Assembly (NCBI GenBank): GCA_039638295.1
Contig: JBDIWJ010000045.1
Coordinates: 1 to 12,115 of the forward strand
Direction: 5' to 3'
Origin: Candidatus Phoenicimicrobium oleiphilum
GTDB taxonomy: Bacteria > Atribacterota > Phoenicimicrobiia > Phoenicimicrobiales > Phoenicimicrobiaceae
Length of the DNA: 12,115 nt
Of the stretch, positions 7,193-12,115 are shown in pieces (the first letter of the stretch is position 1; each line of letters begins with the position of its first letter). The notes beneath the pieces are model-generated. The model worked only from the letters and a program-made list of their open reading frames with translations. It was not told the DNA's origin and did no database searches. A program made the translations under genes and the position numbers.

Positions 7193-7287
7193 GGAGAGAT
7201 GACCGAGAGGCCGAAGGTGGTTGCCTGCTAAGCAATTGAGCGGGTATAAAACCCGCTCCGAGGGTTCGAATCCCTCTCTCTCCGCCA
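7193..7287 (+). tRNA. tRNA-Ser(GCT)
   Basis: Acceptor GGAGAGA/TCTCTCC; D stem ACC/GGT; anticodon arm GTTGC-CTGCTAA-GCAAT (GCT at 7227-7229); long variable arm GAGCGGGT-ATAAA-ACCCGCTC; T arm GAGGG-TTCGAAT-CCCTC; discriminator G and encoded CCA. Confidence 0.98.
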
Positions 7288-7414
7288 TTTTTTATTTATA
7301 AGTTAAGAGGGTTGCTCTATTGCACGATTTAAGAGAATACAGCAGTATTTTTTATTACGCTACTGGTAGAACCAAAACAGATTATCCCTTCTTTATTTCA
7401 ACTAATAAAGATGT

Positions 7415-7456
7415 AAAAAATTGCCTCAACCTTTTATAAGGGATGGCAATTTTTTT
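7415..7456 (+). terminator. Intrinsic, possibly bidirectional, terminator downstream of tRNA-Ser
   Basis: AAAAAATTGCC...CCTT-TTAT-AAGG...GGCAATTTTTTT. Confidence 0.7.
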
Positions 7457-7512
7457 ATTAATTATAATAAGACAGAGAATGTTTAAAATATTACCTAAAG
7501 GGAGGAGAAATT

Positions 7513-8172
7513 GTGAAATTAGATAGAGGTGATTTTGAAACAGAAAATTTAATTGTTTGGGAGAAAACTATAGGAGAATTATTTCCTGTAGCAATCCCAA
7601 ACAAGTGTATCTGGAAGGATGTTGATGGTATAGTTTCTGTTCTTAATAAATTAGGTTCTATAGATAACCTAAATCATACTCTATTTCCTGTTGGTGGAGG
7701 TCATGATTTAGTAGGAGCCAAAAAGTCATCTGAAAGAGGTTGTATCGAATTTAATACCCCACATTCAATCAGGATTGTAAAGCCAAAATTATTAGAATTC
7801 AATTATTTTCCCAATAATATAGAATGGGCATATTTTCGTTTAGAAACTGCAGCTTTAAAGCCGATTACTCCTGATATTGAACCATTTTCTATAAAGGAAA
7901 AATTAACTGAAATTGAGCCAGGTCATTATGTAGAGAAGGAAGTATGGGAAAAAGGATACCTCGGTTATGATGAAAAAGGTAGTAGAATTTTACTTCCCAA
8001 GAGTGCAAGATTAGTTTCCAGATATTTCAAAGGTTCATTTGTTATCTTTGCTAAAAGTTCTCCTTACCATAAAAACCATGTTACTTATGATGCTAGACAT
8101 GATAAGATGAATAGCAAAAAATTTAGACAATATATTGAAAAGTGTATAATAAAATTTAATGAAGAAAACTGA
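7513..8172 (+). CDS. Hypothetical protein; resembles the non-kinase C-terminal domain of some bacterial Ser/Thr kinases (Stk2-like, unverified)
   Basis: SD GGAGGAG and GTG start, 219-aa open frame. Motifs LFP..P...W, NHTLFPVGGG.DL, SERGCIE, KPKLL, WAYFRLE, GSFVIFAKSSPY, TYDARH..M...FR.YI. The CDS is well supported; the family call is from recall only. Confidence 0.75.
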   Translation: MKLDRGDFETENLIVWEKTIGELFPVAIPNKCIWKDVDGIVSVLNKLGSIDNLNHTLFPVGGGHDLVGAKKSSERGCIEFNTPHSIRIVKPKLLEFNYFPNNIEWAYFRLETAALKPITPDIEPFSIKEKLTEIEPGHYVEKEVWEKGYLGYDEKGSRILLPKSARLVSRYFKGSFVIFAKSSPYHKNHVTYDARHDKMNSKKFRQYIEKCIIKFNEEN

Positions 8173-8191
8173 ATTAGTATCTCTCGCATAT

Positions 8192-8357
8192 TAGCATGGA
8201 GCGTACAGCGCATAGCGAATAGTGAAGAAGAAGAAAGATAAAAGTGAAGGTACTAATAGCTATTCACTTTACTGATTTAATTGGCAAATTACTTAATTGT
8301 ATTTTGCTTACACTTGTAGCCCGTAACTATACGCTAAACGCCATAAACTCTACGCTA
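8192..8357. repeat. Two oppositely oriented heptamer arrays enclosing two small hairpins
   Basis: TAGCATG GAGCGTA CAGCGCA TAGCGAA TAGTGAA (8192-8226) versus GTAGCCC GTAACTA TACGCTA AACGCCA TAAACTC TACGCTA (8316-8357). Confidence 0.65.
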
Positions 8358-8402
8358 ATCTTGTACTAATGACCAAATTAATCTATTAAAGTAGGAGGGT
8401 AA

Positions 8403-9110
8403 ATGACTATGAGTATCCATATCGGAGCGAAAGAAGGGGAAATCGCTAGCACGGTTCTACTGCCTGGCGACCCCTTGAGGGCAAAATATATTGCAGAAAA
8501 CTTTCTTACCAATAGTAGCTGTTATAATGAGATACGTGGTATGTATGGCTATACCGGAACTTATAAAGGAAAAAGAGTTTCAATCCAGGGTACAGGTATG
8601 GGAGTACCTTCTATATTGATATATTTAAATGAACTTATTACAAGTTATAAAGTAAAAAATTTAATCCGAATCGGAAGCTGTGGTTCTATGCAACCATATA
8701 TAAAAATTAGAGATGTTATATTGGCAATGAGTGCCTCTACAGATTCACATATTAACAAAATACGATTTAATGGTATGGATTACGCCTCAACTGCAAATTT
8801 TAACCTCTTAAAAAAGGCTTATGATATTGCCTTAGAGAAAGACATCTCAATAAAAGTAGGAAGTGTTTTAACTACCGATACTTTTTATCATGATGACCCT
8901 AATTCCTGGAAGCACTGGGCGAATTACGGAGTATTAGCGGTAGAAATGGAAACAGCTGCCTTATATACTTTAGCAGCAAAATTCAAAGTCAATGCTCTTT
9001 CGATTTTAACTGTTTCCGATAGTTTGGTAACCAGAGAAGAGACCACAGCCGAAGAGCGTCAAAAGACTTTTAACCAGATGGTGGAGATAGCTCTGGAATT
9101 AGTGGAATAA
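8403..9110 (+). CDS. deoD: Purine nucleoside phosphorylase (DeoD type)
   Basis: [67 protein letters not shown]. The start may be the second Met (8409). Confidence 0.96.
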   Translation: MTMSIHIGAKEGEIASTVLLPGDPLRAKYIAENFLTNSSCYNEIRGMYGYTGTYKGKRVSIQGTGMGVPSILIYLNELITSYKVKNLIRIGSCGSMQPYIKIRDVILAMSASTDSHINKIRFNGMDYASTANFNLLKKAYDIALEKDISIKVGSVLTTDTFYHDDPNSWKHWANYGVLAVEMETAALYTLAAKFKVNALSILTVSDSLVTREETTAEERQKTFNQMVEIALELVE

Positions 9111-9168
9111 TTAAAGTTTTAGTCTAAAAAATTTCCGTCATAATCGTTTTATAGGGGAGGATAAAAAA

Positions 9169-9982
9169 ATCAAAGTAACCATTTTGGTAGACAATAACAC
9201 TCTGATAGACCGCTACTTTTTGGGAGAGCTGGGAGTGTCCTACCTTATCCAGGATGAAGGGTACAAAATATTATTTGATGTAGGATATTTAGATATTTTT
9301 ATTAAAAATCCCGAAAATGAATATTCATTTTCGGGATTTAGATTACCTGGTCCTTTCTCATGGACACCTCGACCATACCTGGGGGTTAATTTCTTTAATA
9401 AAATATTATACAGAAGCCTCGATAGAAAAAATAGATTATAATAAACTAACTGTAGTTACCCATCCTTCTTCCTTTTTAAGAAAAAAAATTAAGGTTTTCA
9501 AACAGGCAGGTTCTATAGTTTCCCAGGAAGAGTTAAACAAACATTTCAAAATAGAATTAAGTAAAGAACCGCTATGGCTAACCGATAGATTGGTATTTTT
9601 GGGAGAAATAGAAAGAAAGAATGATTTTGAAGCAAAAAATCCAATCGGAAAAGTGGTGAAAGATAATTTTGAAGAGGATGATTATTTAGCAGATGATTCT
9701 GCCTTGGTCTATCGATCAGCAAAAGGTTTGGTGATTATTACCGCCTGTTCTCATTCAGGGATTTGCAATATCGTAGAATATGCTAAAAAGATTTGTAATG
9801 ATGATAGGATAATTGATATAGTCGGGGGATTTCATTTGCTTAACCCGGAGAAGATACAATTGGAAGGTACTTTGAAATATTTAGAGAAAGTCAAACCTTA
9901 CGAAGTGCATGCCTGCCACTGCACTGATTTAAAGTCCAAGATTGCCTTATCTCGAGTGGTAAACCTTAAGGGGGTACCTTGA
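9169..9982 (+). pseudogene. MBL-fold metallo-hydrolase (COG1237-like), disrupted
   Basis: One frame gives (I)KVTILVDNN...GE.GVSYLI...KILFDVG. A second frame from 9317 gives LSHGHLDHTWG, DDSAL, ITACSHSGICN, GGFHL, HACHCT. Frameshift near 9310-9317, ATC in place of the expected start codon, and an apparently truncated 3' end. Confidence 0.85.
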
Positions 9983-10212
9983 TTGCTTTATCTGCTGACG
10001 AAATAATTATGAGTCCTACCGCTGTACTAGGACCAGTAGACCCTCAGTTAGGTCAGTATCCTGCTGCTTCTATAATATCAGTGGTAGAAAAGAAACCGAT
10101 AAAGGATATAGATGACCAAACTTTGATAATGGCTGATATGGGGACCAAAGCTATAAAACAAGTTGAGCAGACTGTTTACGATTTGTTATCTCCCCATTAT
10201 TCTAAAGAGAAG
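9970..10212 (+). pseudogene. Internal fragment of an SDH-family Clp-fold serine protease (DUF114-like)
   Basis: GGTLIALSADEIIMSPTAVLGPVDPQLGQYPAASI...IDDQTLIMAD..KAIKQV. In-frame TAA immediately upstream (9967-9969), no SD, and no downstream WTHDYP motif. The 3' boundary is approximate. Confidence 0.8.
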
Positions 10213-10287
10213 GGTTATTTGAGCGGTTTATAAATTTTTAATATATGCTTAGAATGTTTTTTAAATTATTTAAGGTAACTAAAGTAA

Positions 10288-11067
10288 ATGAAAGAAATGA
10301 AAATGAATTTAAAGAAACGATTCTGGGAAATAGATTTTTTACGGGGAATCGCCATCATTATGATGGTGCTATATCATCTGCTTTATAATTTGCACTATTT
10401 TGCACATTATAATGTCAATGTTTATTCCGGTTTCTGGATGTATTTTGCTCGAACAACTGCCACGATATTTATTTTTTTAGTTGGGGTATCCCTCAGCATA
10501 AGTTTCTCCAGAGCAAAACATTTCTCTCCTAATGTTACTAAGAAAACGCGATTATTTTTAAAATACCTTCGTAGAGGCCTTAAGGTGTTCTCCTGGGGCT
10601 TAATTATAACTTTAATAACCTGGTTTTTTTTGCGAGAAGGTTTCGTAATTTTTGGCATACTTCATCTTATTGGAATTTCCATTATTTTAGCTTATCCTTT
10701 TCTAAAGCTTCACTATTGGAATCTATTAATTGGATTATTTTGCATTTTTGTGGGAGTATATTTAAAGGGTTTTGTTTTTAATTTTTATTGGTTATCCTGG
10801 TTAGGATTTAGACCAGCTCAATTTTATACAGTTGATTATTTCCCCCTTTTGCCCTGGTTTGGGGTTGTTTTAATAGGGATATTTTTTGGTAGTCTACTCT
10901 ATCCGGATTACTCTCGAAAATTTCAGATTGTTGACTTTTCATCCCTTTCAGGAGTAAAAATATTATGTTTTTTAGGTAAGCATTCTTTGTTAATTTATTT
11001 GCTTCATCAACCCTTAATAATTGCTATACTCTATCTTTTTGGCGTAGTTAAAGTAAGTTTATTCTAA
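10288..11067 (+). CDS. DUF1624 / HGSNAT-like multi-pass membrane protein (putative acyltransferase)
   Basis: RFWEIDFLRGIAIIMMVLYH, FIFLVGVS, IFGILHLIG, DYFPLLPWFG, LGKHSLLIYLLHQP. The start could be 10288, 10297 or 10303. Confidence 0.88.
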   Translation: MKEMKMNLKKRFWEIDFLRGIAIIMMVLYHLLYNLHYFAHYNVNVYSGFWMYFARTTATIFIFLVGVSLSISFSRAKHFSPNVTKKTRLFLKYLRRGLKVFSWGLIITLITWFFLREGFVIFGILHLIGISIILAYPFLKLHYWNLLIGLFCIFVGVYLKGFVFNFYWLSWLGFRPAQFYTVDYFPLLPWFGVVLIGIFFGSLLYPDYSRKFQIVDFSSLSGVKILCFLGKHSLLIYLLHQPLIIAILYLFGVVKVSLF

Positions 11068-11115
11068 TTTTATATGTTATTTGTTGAGTATTTATTTCGA
11101 AAAGAGACCTTTACT

Positions 11116-11991
11116 ATGAATCCCACAGCAATAATATTAGTTATAATCTCTGCCTTTATTCACTCTTTTTGGAATTTACTTTCTAAAAAAAGTAAAAATA
11201 AATTAGTATTTAACTGGTATATCGTTTTATTTCAACCTATACTTTACTTTCCTCTATTTTTATATCTTATATTAAGTAATCAAATTGAATTGCCACCAAT
11301 GGGGTGGCTATTTATTATTTTAAGTGCTTTTTTTCATACCTTTTATTTTTATTTCTTAGGAAAGACTTATTCTTATGGCCATCTTTCCTTAACTTACCCC
11401 ATTGCAAGATCTTCACCTCTTTTTGTTCCTTTTCTTGCTTTTTTGTTAGTTAAGGAAGAACTCTCTTTTGTTGGTATATTGGGGATAATAATAATCTTGG
11501 TAGGTGTTTACTTGTTGCATTTAAGGTCTATTAGTTGGAAATCATTTTTAAAATCTACAGAGTATCTAAAAGGTAAAGCCACATCTTATGCCTTTATTAC
11601 TGCTTTTTTTTCTGCTCTATATTCAGTTAATGACAAAATTGGGGTTGGATATGTTCGTCCCTTTGCTTATATCTATATAACCTGCATAGGGGTAAGCGCT
11701 TTTTATCTTCCCATAGTTTTTTCTAAGGATAATCGTAAAGATATTAAATTTGAATGGGAAGATAATAAGAAATCTATTTTAATTTCTTCTTCTTTGACCC
11801 TTCTTTCTTATCTTTTAACTTTATATGCTTTTACAATCGATAAAGTCAGTTATATCGTTTCTTTAAGACAGTCAAGCATAATATTTGGAGTAATTTTAGG
11901 GACTGTTGTGTTAAATGAGGAGTATGGGAAAATTAGAATATTTGCTTCCATAATAATGTTTATCGGTTTTTTCTTGGTAATTATAGCTTAA
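11116..11991 (+). CDS. EamA/DMT family transporter
   Basis: SAFIHSFWNLLSK, Y..G.LSLTYPIARSSP, YSVNDKIGV, SLRQSSIIFG, about 10 hydrophobic segments. The ORF opens at 11074, but Met at 11116 fits the usual family start better. Confidence 0.88.
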   Translation: MNPTAIILVIISAFIHSFWNLLSKKSKNKLVFNWYIVLFQPILYFPLFLYLILSNQIELPPMGWLFIILSAFFHTFYFYFLGKTYSYGHLSLTYPIARSSPLFVPFLAFLLVKEELSFVGILGIIIILVGVYLLHLRSISWKSFLKSTEYLKGKATSYAFITAFFSALYSVNDKIGVGYVRPFAYIYITCIGVSAFYLPIVFSKDNRKDIKFEWEDNKKSILISSSLTLLSYLLTLYAFTIDKVSYIVSLRQSSIIFGVILGTVVLNEEYGKIRIFASIIMFIGFFLVIIA

Positions 11992-12115
11992 ATAAAAAAT
12001 GCTACAATTTTTATTTATTGTTTTATATTTATAAATATAACTAAAAATTTAAACAAAGAAAGTAAAAAACAAACTGTGGGATTTAAGGTTTTTAGAGATT
12101 TTTTACAATTTTATT

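Noticed and set aside
7335..7395. Minus-strand TTCTACCAGTAGCGTAA resembling part of a purine riboswitch
   Set aside because: No proper P1/P2 or L2 motif, and it points antisense to the tRNA rather than toward a purine gene.
8192..8357. CRISPR array interpretation of the repeats
   Set aside because: Units are 7 nt, degenerate and tandem, with no spacers and no cas genes.
3188..9982. A coherent folate/pterin/nucleoside operon (folD, mnmG, deoD, MBL hydrolase)
   Set aside because: The genes are on different strands with separate promoters and terminators. The thematic link may be coincidental without synteny data.
9979..10233. 84-aa ORF as an intact small gene
   Set aside because: The TTG 'start' is an internal Leu codon of a protease motif and has no SD; treated as a gene fragment.
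10422..10658. 78-aa minus-strand ORF
   Set aside because: Antisense shadow of the DUF1624 gene.
7193..12115. Integrated island at tRNA-Ser
   Set aside because: No integrase, no duplicated tRNA 3' end seen in the window, and downstream genes include housekeeping deoD.

Overview
AT-rich bacterial window, mostly housekeeping and transport genes, with intergenic spacers unusually rich in short repeats. The lineage cannot be determined from the sequence alone. Gene order: oppD/oppF-type ABC ATPase pair, carD, folD, an OsmC-family gene, a stand-alone mnmG on the minus strand, tRNA-Ser(GCT), a 219-aa hypothetical protein, deoD, a decayed MBL-fold hydrolase gene fused to an internal fragment of an SDH/Clp-fold protease gene, a DUF1624-type membrane protein and an EamA/DMT transporter. 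Most notable observations: (1) MnmG keeps its FAD motif and both conserved cysteines but carries concerted substitutions in several normally near-invariant motifs, suggesting altered chemistry or substrate. (2) A strong sigma70-type promoter is positioned so that tRNA-Ser would be transcribed with little or no 5' leader. (3) The ORF after the tRNA resembles, from memory only, the C-terminal domain of Stk2-like kinases, here without a kinase domain. (4) Several families of 7-nt-period arrays and REP-like hairpins fill the spacers and supply the stop codons of folD and mnmG. No integrase, transposase or CRISPR array was seen. All family assignments come from motif recognition; no searches were run.
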